A DNA stretch of 64,000 nucleotides from the NCBI GenBank assembly GCA_963828165.1, contig CAWHDR010000001.1, positions 1,184,001 to 1,248,000 on the forward strand. The letters are read 5' to 3'. The notes under the pieces are model-generated. The model saw nothing but the letters and a program-made list of their open reading frames with translations. It did not search any database and was not told where the DNA came from. The position numbers and the translations under genes were made by a program. The DNA comes from an uncultured Chloroflexia bacterium (GTDB lineage Bacteria; Chloroflexota; Limnocylindria; Limnocylindrales; CSP1-4). This document shows positions 9,079 to 17,119 of this stretch, in pieces. The number at the start of each line of letters is the position of its first letter. Position 1 is the stretch's first letter.

Positions 9079-10301
9079 TGGACGACATCCAGCCAGGACT
9101 GCGCCGTGATCCGCCGACCGACCTGAGCGACGTCGGCGAGGACGCCGCGCTCCTGGATCGCATCCGTGTTGAGATCCGCGCAACCGGCCCGATGCCCTTT
9201 GCACGGTTCATGGAGCTCGCGCTGTACGCCCCCGAAGGCGGCTACTACCGAGCCGCCGCGGCTCGGCCCGGACGCAACGGCGACTTCATCACCGCACCCG
9301 AGCTGCATCCGATCTTCGGCCAGACGCTCTCGAGCGGGATCGAGGAGATCTGGAGGCGCCTCGGCGAGCCGAACCCATTCATGCTCCGTGAACACGGTGC
9401 CGGGACCGGCGCGCTCGGCCTGGCCATCCTGAACGAGCTCGACCGCGTCGGGTCGCCATTGCTCGAAGCGATCCGTTACGCACCGATCGAGGTCGAAGCG
9501 GATCGCATCGGGACGCTCGAGTCGCGTTTCGCGGAGGCCGGTCGGGGCGGCGTGCTCGCCGCGCCGGGCGAGACCGGCCACGTCGGCATCGTCGTCGCGA
9601 ACGAGGTGCTCGACGCCCTGCCCGTCCATCGCGTTCGTCGTCGCGGCGAGGCGCTGCGCGAAGTCGCCGTGGACGTGGATCGGGACGATGCCCTCGTGGA
9701 GGTCGAGATCGATCCGTCCACGCCCGCCCTCACGGAGCGCCTGGCGAGCGAGGCGATCGAGCTGGCCGATGGGCAGACGGCGGAGATCTGCCTCGCGCTC
9801 GACGCCTGGATCGCCGAGGCCGCGGCTTCGATCGCTCGGGGCGTGCTCCTGCTGATCGACTACGGCGCGCCGGCCGCCGATCTGTACCACCCCGTCCGCC
9901 GGCGCGACGGCACCCTGCGCGCCTACGTCCGTCACCAGGTCCACGACGACCCGTACGTGCACGTCGGCCGCCAGGACCTCACGGCCCACGTCGACGTGAC
10001 GGCGGTGGAACATGCGGCCCACGCCGCGGGTCTCACGACGATCGGGATCACGACCCAGGCCGAGGCGCTCATGGGCCTCGGCATCGAGGCGCGCCTGCAG
10101 GCGATCCAGGCGGATCCGGCCACGACCTTCGAGGACTACAGCCTGGTCAGATCCGCCCTCATGCGGCTGCTGGACCCGGCGGCGATGGGACGGTTCCAGG
10201 TCATGGCGTTCGGCCGGGACTGGCCCGACGGCGGCGGCGGCGAGGCGCCGCTCGGACTCTTCGCCTACCGCCTCCCGGCCCGTCCGTTTCTTCGCCGCTG
10301 A
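9075..10301 (+). CDS. SAM-dependent methyltransferase, MidA/NDUFAF7 family
   Basis: GPMPFARFMELALY..GGYY, GDFITAPEL, EHGAGTG, ANEVLDALPV, LIDYG, GRQDLTAHVD, MGRFQV. Confidence 0.92.
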   Translation: MMDDIQPGLRRDPPTDLSDVGEDAALLDRIRVEIRATGPMPFARFMELALYAPEGGYYRAAAARPGRNGDFITAPELHPIFGQTLSSGIEEIWRRLGEPNPFMLREHGAGTGALGLAILNELDRVGSPLLEAIRYAPIEVEADRIGTLESRFAEAGRGGVLAAPGETGHVGIVVANEVLDALPVHRVRRRGEALREVAVDVDRDDALVEVEIDPSTPALTERLASEAIELADGQTAEICLALDAWIAEAAASIARGVLLLIDYGAPAADLYHPVRRRDGTLRAYVRHQVHDDPYVHVGRQDLTAHVDVTAVEHAAHAAGLTTIGITTQAEALMGLGIEARLQAIQADPATTFEDYSLVRSALMRLLDPAAMGRFQVMAFGRDWPDGGGGEAPLGLFAYRLPARPFLRR

Positions 10302-10577
10302 GCCTCCTCGGCTTACGTTCGTAATAGGGAACATGCCGTATTGCGGCACCGCCCCTTGCATCGTCACGCTGGACCCGGTCGCCATGCGACCTCACCGCCG
10401 GGGGGCGGGGTGCGATCCTGCACGCGCGCTCGGCGCAGTCCGCCCCCGGGTTGGTGTCTCGTCGGCCCTGACGCACTCGTCGGGGGCCGGCGACCAGCCG
10501 GTTCGACGTCCTCCTCGAGTCGATCCGGCCGCCCGCCGCCGGCGGCCCTCCACGACCCGGTCCACACGTGCCCGCTG

Positions 10578-10583
10578 CTAGAA
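10578..10583 (+). promoter_or_regulatory. Candidate extended -10 element (TGcTAGAAT) for the nuo operon
   Basis: gctgcTAGAATgtg about 110 nt upstream of nuoA in a GC-rich spacer. Confidence 0.45.
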
Positions 10584-10690
10584 TGTGCATGGCGTGAGTG
10601 GCAACTCCTGCCGCCCCCTGCCCGCCGCCTCGACGGATCGCTGGATCCGATCGGCGCGGATCGGAACACGCGTCGCTCCAAGGAGTTCGC

Positions 10691-11047
10691 TTGACCGGGA
10701 TCTGGTACGTCATCGGGTTCGCCTTCGCGGGCGTGTCCTTCGTGTTCCTGACGATCGCCGCCGCGTGGCTCGTGTCCCACCGCAACCGCGGCGACGTGCA
10801 CAAGGGCCTGCCCTACGAATCCGGGATCGACACGTACGGCGACACCCATGGCCGCTTCGGCCTGTCGTTCTACATCTACGCCCTGCTGTTCGTCGCGTTC
10901 GATATCGAAGTCATCTTCATCTACCTGTGGGCGATCGCCTTCGACTCGCTGCTGCTGGGCGGCCTGGTCAGCATGCTGATCTTCGTGGGCATCCTCCTGC
11001 TCGGCCTGGCTTACGCCTGGCGCAAGGGGGCGATGTCATGGCGGTGA
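10691..11047 (+). CDS. nuoA: NADH-quinone oxidoreductase subunit A
   Basis: [26 protein letters not shown]; TTG start after AAGGAG. Confidence 0.95.
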   Translation: MTGIWYVIGFAFAGVSFVFLTIAAAWLVSHRNRGDVHKGLPYESGIDTYGDTHGRFGLSFYIYALLFVAFDIEVIFIYLWAIAFDSLLLGGLVSMLIFVGILLLGLAYAWRKGAMSWR

Positions 11048-11805
11048 AGCCCAAGGGTGCCGATGGGGCCGAGAACCTCGGCACCGGTCCGGCGGACGTG
11101 ACGGCGATCGGCTCCGACGCCACGACTCAGCCCGGGCTGCCCGCGACCCGTCCGTCGGATGCGCTGACGGTCCCGATCGTCGTCCCCAACTCGCTCTGGC
11201 AGGCCGCCGATCCTGAGGCCTACGACGGCGGGCGCCCGACCGACATCACCCACCTCGCCGAGTTCGAGGCGAGCGGTCTCGGTCGCCGCGACGATGCCCG
11301 CTGGGGCGGCTTCCTCGAGGTCATCCCGACGAAGGCCGACTATGTGCTCGACCTCATCCGGATGAACAGCCTCTGGCCGCTGCTCTCGGGCCTGGCCTGT
11401 TGCGCGATCGAGATGATGTCGGCGGCGACCTCGAAGAACGACATGGACCGCTGGGGCATGTTCCCGTTCCGGGCAAGCCCACGCCAGGCCGACGTCCTGA
11501 TCGTGGCCGGCACGCTGACGACCAAGATGGCGGGGCCGCTCGTCCGCCTGTGGGAGCAGATGCCCGAGCCCAAGTGGTGCGTGGCGATGGGCGATTGCAC
11601 CTGTTCCGGGGGGCGCTACAAGCGGAGCTACTCCACGGTCGAGGGCATCGACCGGGTCATGCCGGTCGACGTCTACGTCCCGGGCTGTCCGCCCCGCCCG
11701 GAGGGCCTCATCTACGGGATGATGAAGCTCCAGCAGCTCGTCAAGGACCGCCGCGGGCACTGGCCCGACCGGGCGATCGGGCCGACCGTTCCCGAGCAGG
11801 TCTGA
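11038..11805 (+). CDS. nuoB: NADH-quinone oxidoreductase subunit B (long N-terminal extension)
   Basis: [42 protein letters not shown]. Confidence 0.96.
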   Translation: MAVKPKGADGAENLGTGPADVTAIGSDATTQPGLPATRPSDALTVPIVVPNSLWQAADPEAYDGGRPTDITHLAEFEASGLGRRDDARWGGFLEVIPTKADYVLDLIRMNSLWPLLSGLACCAIEMMSAATSKNDMDRWGMFPFRASPRQADVLIVAGTLTTKMAGPLVRLWEQMPEPKWCVAMGDCTCSGGRYKRSYSTVEGIDRVMPVDVYVPGCPPRPEGLIYGMMKLQQLVKDRRGHWPDRAIGPTVPEQV

Positions 11806-11807
11806 CC

Positions 11808-12356
11808 ATGGACCGCGCGTTCAAGGCCCGCCTGGAGGCCCGCTTCGCCGACCAGCTGACCGGGCCGGTCCGGCAGCGCCACGACGAGACCGAGATCCGC
11901 ATCGGCCCCGGCGACGTGACCCAGGTGATCACCGCGCTCCACGACGAGCCCGCGTTCGGCTTCGAGTTCCTGGCCGATCTGGCGGGCGTCGACACCGGCG
12001 AGGTCATGCAGGTCGTCTACCACCTGTGGAGCGCGACGACACCGGACTGGCTGCGGGTCATCGCCGACGGCCTTTCGCGCGACGACCCCCGCGTCCCGTC
12101 GGTCACCTTCATGTGGAAGGGCGCCGAGTGGATGGAGCGCGAGGCCTACGACATGTTCGGCATCACGTTCGAAGGCAACCGCGACCTGCGGCGCATCTAC
12201 ATGCCGCCCGACTACCAGAGCTTCCCCTTGCGCAAGGACTTCTTCCTGCCCGACGACGCCGCCCGCTCGCCCGGGGCGGGTGTTCGACCCATGGAGCGAA
12301 CCCACGCGCCGCGCAACGCTCCGGCGACCGCGACGGTCCGCCGTGGCGATGCCTGA
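11808..12356 (+). CDS. nuoC: NADH-quinone oxidoreductase subunit C
   Basis: DLAGVD, VVYHL, W.EREAYDMFGI.F.G..DLRRI...FPLRKDF. Confidence 0.95.
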   Translation: MDRAFKARLEARFADQLTGPVRQRHDETEIRIGPGDVTQVITALHDEPAFGFEFLADLAGVDTGEVMQVVYHLWSATTPDWLRVIADGLSRDDPRVPSVTFMWKGAEWMEREAYDMFGITFEGNRDLRRIYMPPDYQSFPLRKDFFLPDDAARSPGAGVRPMERTHAPRNAPATATVRRGDA

Positions 12357-12383
12357 CCAGGCCATCACGTCCAAGGATCCCGC

Positions 12384-13634
12384 ATGACCGCGACGAAGCC
12401 CCGCCCCGACGCCCCCGCCCACGCCCAGCCGGACGCGCCGAGCGACGATCCGCGCGTCAGGCTCGACCGCGACCTCGGCGTGTTCGAGCCGGTCCCGCCC
12501 TACCCGCCCCGGACCGAGCGAGAGGCCGAGTTCTACACCCTCGGCGACGGCGAGATGTTCATCAACATGGGCCCCCAGCACCCGTCGACCCACGGCGTGC
12601 TCAGGGTCGTCCTCAAGCTCGACGGCGAGAAGGTCGTCGACCTCGATCCGGTCCTGGGCTACCTCCATCGCGGTGTCGAGAAGCTGTGCGAGAACGCCGA
12701 CTACCACCAGGCCATCTGCTACCTCGATCCGCTCGAGTACGTGAGCTCACTGTTCTGCGAGTGGCCCGGCGTCATGGCGTTCGAGAAGCTGATGGACGTC
12801 CAGGTCCCGCGCCGCGCCGAGTACATCCGCGTCCTGTCCGCGGAGCTCAACCGGGTGGCCAGCCACGCCCTGTTCCTCGGTTGGATGGCGCTCGACCTCG
12901 GCGGCCTCACGCCGATCCTGTGGTCGTTCATCGAGCGCGACGAGATCGTGGAGATGCTTGCCTCGCTGACCGGCCAGCGGATGCTGTTCAACTACTTCCG
13001 GATCGGCGGCGTGAACGGCGACCTCAACCACGAGTTCATGAGCCGGCTCGGCGACTGGATGAGCCACGCGACCGAGCAGATCGAGGCGGGCAACGCGCTC
13101 CTCAACGAGAACGAGATCTTCGTGCGCCGGATGCGCGGTCTCGGCACCATCGACTCGAAGGCGGCGCTGCGGATGGTGATGACCGGGCCGAACCTGCGCG
13201 CGACGGGCGTGCCGTTCGATGTCCGCCGGGCGCACCCGTACAGCATCTATCCGGAGCTGGATTTCGACATCCCGACGCGCACCGAGGGCGACTGCCTGGC
13301 GCGCTACCTGCTCCGGATGGACGAGGTCAAGCAGAGCCTGCGGATCATCGACCAGTGCCTGCACCAGATGCCGGACGGCCCGGTCATGGCCAAGCTTCCG
13401 CGTCTGCTCCGACCGCGTCCGGGACGCGCGTACGCCGGCATCGAGGGCCCACGCGGCCAGTACGCCGCATACGTCGTGAGCGACGGCACCGACCAGCCCT
13501 TCCGCATGCGGATCCACGACCCCTCGTTCATCCACCTGCAGGCGGTGGGGGTCATGACCCCGGGTCACTTGATCGCCGACACGATGGCGGTGATGGCGTC
13601 CCTCGACCCGATCATGGGCGGCGTCGACAAGTGA
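12384..13634 (+). CDS. nuoD: NADH-quinone oxidoreductase subunit D
   Basis: NMGPQHPSTHGVLR, GYLHRGVEK, ELNRVASH, EGPRG; no NiFe-binding CxxC motifs. Confidence 0.96.
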   Translation: MTATKPRPDAPAHAQPDAPSDDPRVRLDRDLGVFEPVPPYPPRTEREAEFYTLGDGEMFINMGPQHPSTHGVLRVVLKLDGEKVVDLDPVLGYLHRGVEKLCENADYHQAICYLDPLEYVSSLFCEWPGVMAFEKLMDVQVPRRAEYIRVLSAELNRVASHALFLGWMALDLGGLTPILWSFIERDEIVEMLASLTGQRMLFNYFRIGGVNGDLNHEFMSRLGDWMSHATEQIEAGNALLNENEIFVRRMRGLGTIDSKAALRMVMTGPNLRATGVPFDVRRAHPYSIYPELDFDIPTRTEGDCLARYLLRMDEVKQSLRIIDQCLHQMPDGPVMAKLPRLLRPRPGRAYAGIEGPRGQYAAYVVSDGTDQPFRMRIHDPSFIHLQAVGVMTPGHLIADTMAVMASLDPIMGGVDK

Positions 13635-13655
13635 ACGGCCACGGAGGACTGCCTT

Positions 13656-13774
13656 GCGCGCCGCTGGACGAGCCGAGGCGAAGGCGCCGGGGAGCAGCGC
13701 AGCGAGCGCACCCCAAGGTGCGTGAGCGAAGCAGCGGAGCCGGCAACGCGCGCATCGGCCGTCCGGTGGTGCGC
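13656..13774 (+). repeat. Structured REP/MITE-like palindromic element between nuoD and nuoH
   Basis: Outer arms GCGCGCCGCTGGACGAGCCGA / TCGGCCGTCCGGTGGTGCGC pair with G-U wobbles; central hairpin GCGCACC-CCAA-GGTGCGT. Only one copy is visible in this window. Confidence 0.5.
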
Positions 13775-13789
13775 TGAAGTGACCGCCAC

Positions 13790-15130
13790 ATGACGGTCGT
13801 CGGGAGGTCTTGGGGCAGGCTGACCCTGCCCGGCAAGATCGTGTTCACGGTCGTGCCCTTGTTGCTGCTTGCGACCGTTGCATTGGTCGCGGTCATCGTG
13901 CTGTTTGGCGAGCCGATCCTCGACATCCTCGTCGCGAACCTGCCGATCGTCCGTTTCGTGGTGGCAGTGACGATCGTCCTGCTGATGACGATCCCGACCG
14001 CGTTCCTGATCATCTACATGGAGATGAAGATCATCGCCCTGATGAATCTTCGGATCGGGCCGGATCGGGTGGGTCCGTTCGGATCCCTGCTGTCGGTGGT
14101 CCACGGGCTCAAGGTCCTCATGAAGGAGGATTTCACCCCCACGGGCGCCGACCCCATCGTGTTCACGTGGGCCCCGGTCGTCGTCTACCTCGCGAGCGTG
14201 ATGACGCTGCTCGTGATCCCGTTCGCGCCGGGGCTGTACGGGCAGGACCTGAACCTGGGGCTGCTCTACTTCTTCGCGATCGGCGGGCTGTCCGTGGTCG
14301 GGCTGCTGATGGCCGGCTGGGCGAGCTACAACAAGTACTCGCTCCTCGGCGGCCTGCGCGCGGCAGCCCAGGTCATCAGCTACGAGATCCCGCTGGTGCT
14401 GTCGGTCGTCGGGCTGATCCTGTTGGCCGACACGATGAGCGTGAACCAGATCGCGGAGAACCAGGCGGGCTGGTTCACCGACTGGTACATCTTCCGCCAA
14501 CCGCTCGGGGCGCTGATCTTCTTCATCGCCGCGACCGCCGAGGCGAACCGCACCCCGTTCGACCTCACGGAGGCCGACTCCGAGATCGTCGCGGGCTTCG
14601 CGACGGAGTACTCGGGGATGCGCTTCGGCTTCTTCTTCTTCGCCGAGTACGTGAACGTATTCATCGTCTCGGCGCTGTTCGTCACGTTGTTCCTTGGCGG
14701 CTGGAATGCCCCGTTCCCCTGGCCGTGGCCGGTGGAGCTGTCGCTGGACCCGGCCGGACTCGGCATCGGCCTGCTGCTGCTGGCCGGGATCGTCCCGGTC
14801 GTCCTGACGCTGCTCTTCGCCGCGCCGTTCTGGATCGCGAGCTCGCGCATCAAGTGGTGGCAGGCCCTGCTCGCCGGCTTCGTGCTGGCGAACCTGTTCA
14901 TCGTTGCGATGCTTGGTGCGTGGGCGTACATCGGGCTCGACTGGGTCGCCGGTATCCTCTGGTTCATGCTCAAGACGTACACGCTGGTGTTCACCTTCGT
15001 GTGGATGCGCGGCACGCTCCCGCGCGTCCGCATCGACCAGCTGATGGACTTCGCCTGGAAGTGGCTGCTCCCGGCATCCCTCCTGAACCTGTTCGTGACC
15101 GCGGCGGCCATCGTCGTCGTGGGCCGGTGA
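13790..15130 (+). CDS. nuoH: NADH-quinone oxidoreductase subunit H (with extra TM segments)
   Basis: R.GP.RVGPFG, GWASYNKYSLLGGLRAAAQVISYE, NRTPFDL.EADSEIVAGF.TEYSG, RGTLPR.RIDQLM. Confidence 0.95.
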   Translation: MTVVGRSWGRLTLPGKIVFTVVPLLLLATVALVAVIVLFGEPILDILVANLPIVRFVVAVTIVLLMTIPTAFLIIYMEMKIIALMNLRIGPDRVGPFGSLLSVVHGLKVLMKEDFTPTGADPIVFTWAPVVVYLASVMTLLVIPFAPGLYGQDLNLGLLYFFAIGGLSVVGLLMAGWASYNKYSLLGGLRAAAQVISYEIPLVLSVVGLILLADTMSVNQIAENQAGWFTDWYIFRQPLGALIFFIAATAEANRTPFDLTEADSEIVAGFATEYSGMRFGFFFFAEYVNVFIVSALFVTLFLGGWNAPFPWPWPVELSLDPAGLGIGLLLLAGIVPVVLTLLFAAPFWIASSRIKWWQALLAGFVLANLFIVAMLGAWAYIGLDWVAGILWFMLKTYTLVFTFVWMRGTLPRVRIDQLMDFAWKWLLPASLLNLFVTAAAIVVVGR

Positions 15131-15140
15131 GGGGCATCGC

Positions 15141-15824
15141 ATGAGCTTCATCCCAGGCCTCGGCATCGCGAAGGGCATGGCGCTGACCCTGCGCCGCTTC
15201 TTCGAGCCCAAGGTCACGATCATGTACCCGGAGGTGCGGGCCGACGTCCCGCACAAGTTCCGCGGCCGGCTGCAGCTGCTCTACGACGAGTGGGGCACGC
15301 TCAAGTGCGAGACCTGCTTCCAGTGCGCCCAGGCGTGCCCGATCGAATGCATCGACATGGGCGGCATCGATACCCGCGGCCGATACCACGTCCACTGGGG
15401 CGCGGCCGAGACGTACGGGGAGCGGCGCGAGGAATCCGCGCTGCGCCGGTCGGGACGGACGGTGCCGGATCCGGCCTACCTCCCGTTCGCGCCGGTCGAC
15501 CTCGCCCAGGTCGACGCGATCCTCGAAGAACACGACCACGACCCCGCACGGATGCTCGACATCCTCGAGGCGACCCAGACCGCCTACGGCTACCTGCCCG
15601 TCGCCGCGCTCAAGCGGATCAGCCACGAGACGGGAGCCTGGTACGCGATGATCTACGGCACGGCCAGCTTCTACGCGCACCTGCGCTTCGAGCCCGCGGC
15701 GTCCGCCGAGCAGGCGAAGGCCGTGGACGAGCACCGGCCGGCCGAATTCGAGCTATCTCGCGGCGCTCGATGCCGCGCTGGACGGCGGCGGGCGCCCCGG
15801 CGCTCCGGCGCGGGCCTGACATGA
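15141..15824 (+). CDS. Fusion of the NuoI N-terminal half (one CxxCxxCxxxCP) with the NuoE N-terminal helical domain; no [2Fe-2S] domain
   Basis: KGMALTLRRFF...VTIMYPE...FRGR...KCETCFQCAQACP is NuoI-like; LDILEATQTAYGYLP..ALKRIS..TG....IYGTASFY is NuoE-like. A probable extra T near 15747 would give the true stop at 15819. Confidence 0.85.
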   Translation: MSFIPGLGIAKGMALTLRRFFEPKVTIMYPEVRADVPHKFRGRLQLLYDEWGTLKCETCFQCAQACPIECIDMGGIDTRGRYHVHWGAAETYGERREESALRRSGRTVPDPAYLPFAPVDLAQVDAILEEHDHDPARMLDILEATQTAYGYLPVAALKRISHETGAWYAMIYGTASFYAHLRFEPAASAEQAKAVDEHRPAEFELSRGARCRAGRRRAPRRSGAGLT

Positions 15825-17119
15825 CCGAGATCCTGAAGACGCCGGCCAAATGGCCGACGATCCTCCTCGGGCGGGCGCATGCCAAGGACCCGACGGACCT
15901 CGATGCCGCCGTCGCAGCGGGCGCATTCACCGGCCTGCGCCGCGCCATCCGGGACCTGGGCCCGACCGCGATCATCGCGACGGTGGCCGAGTCCGGGCTG
16001 CGCGGGCGGGGCGGGGCGGGCTATCCGGCCGGCGAGAAATGGCGGACCGCGGCGACCACGGATGCCGACCGGCGCTACGTGGTGGCGAACGGCTATGGCG
16101 CTGACCCTGCCTCGCACACGGACCGCTCGCTGATGCTCCTGGACCCGTTCTCGGTGATCGAAGGCACGGCCATCGCCGCGTACGCGATCGGCGCGAACGA
16201 GGCCTTCATCGCCGTGCGATCGGAGGACGCCGACGTCATCGCAAGCGTGTCGGCGGCCATCGGCGCCGCGACGGACGCCGGCTTCGTGGGGGAGGACGTC
16301 TCGGGTTCCGGGCACGACATCCACATCACGGTCCGCCCCGTCCAGGGCGCATACATGCTCGGCGAGGAGACCGTCCTGCTCAAGGCGCTCGAGGGCAAGC
16401 GCGGCCAGCCCGAGCAACGACCACCGCACCCGGCCGAACGCGGGCTCTTCGACCGCCCGACGCTCGTCCACAACGTCCAGACTCTCGCGGCCGTGCCGTG
16501 GATCGTGCGCGAAGGCGCCACGGCGTTCCGCGCGACCGGGACGACCGGCAGCCCTGGGACGGTGCTCGTCCAGGTGCGCACGCCCGGCGGCAAGAACGGA
16601 GTCGCGGAAGTCCCGCTCGGCACGCCGCTGCGCGACGTCCTGGGCCTCGGCGGCAAGCTGCCGGCCGGTCGGTCGATGAAAGCGGTGCTGGTGGGCGGCC
16701 CATCCGGCGGGCTCTTGCCAGCGGACGCGCTCGACACCCCCTACGACTTCGAGCCCTTGCGGGCGGTCGGTGCGCACCTTGGATCAGGCTCTGTCGTGGT
16801 CGTCGACGATCGGACCGACCTGCTCGAGCTCGTCGGCGTCCTGACGCGGTTCTGTTCGAACGAGGCCTGCGGCAAGTCCATCCCGTGCCGGATCGGCGTC
16901 AAGCGCCTGGCCGAGATCGTCGCGCGGCGCGAGGAAGGCCTGCTGCGGCCGGTCGACATGGAGCTCGCGACGGACCTCGCGACCGACATCGTGGCCTCCG
17001 CCCTGTGCGACCACGAGCGGCTGGCCACCCTCCCCCTGACCAGCGGGATGCGATACTTCGGGTCCGACTTCGACCCTGCCCGCCGTCCCCAGCCGGCGTC
17101 GACCGAGGCCCCCCGATGA
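15821..17119 (+). CDS. nuoF: NuoF-like flavoprotein with degenerate NADH/FMN-site and N3 motifs
   Basis: SGLRGRGGAGYP.G.KW, GAYMLGEET.L..LEGKRGQP, VGGPSGG, GSG.VVV, EACGKSIPCRIG...ALC. Confidence 0.88.
   Translation: MTEILKTPAKWPTILLGRAHAKDPTDLDAAVAAGAFTGLRRAIRDLGPTAIIATVAESGLRGRGGAGYPAGEKWRTAATTDADRRYVVANGYGADPASHTDRSLMLLDPFSVIEGTAIAAYAIGANEAFIAVRSEDADVIASVSAAIGAATDAGFVGEDVSGSGHDIHITVRPVQGAYMLGEETVLLKALEGKRGQPEQRPPHPAERGLFDRPTLVHNVQTLAAVPWIVREGATAFRATGTTGSPGTVLVQVRTPGGKNGVAEVPLGTPLRDVLGLGGKLPAGRSMKAVLVGGPSGGLLPADALDTPYDFEPLRAVGAHLGSGSVVVVDDRTDLLELVGVLTRFCSNEACGKSIPCRIGVKRLAEIVARREEGLLRPVDMELATDLATDIVASALCDHERLATLPLTSGMRYFGSDFDPARRPQPASTEAPR

Noticed and set aside
12384-13634. Group 4 NiFe-hydrogenase large subunit
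   Set aside because: No N- or C-terminal CxxC Ni-binding motifs; the NuoD GPQHPSTHG motif is present.
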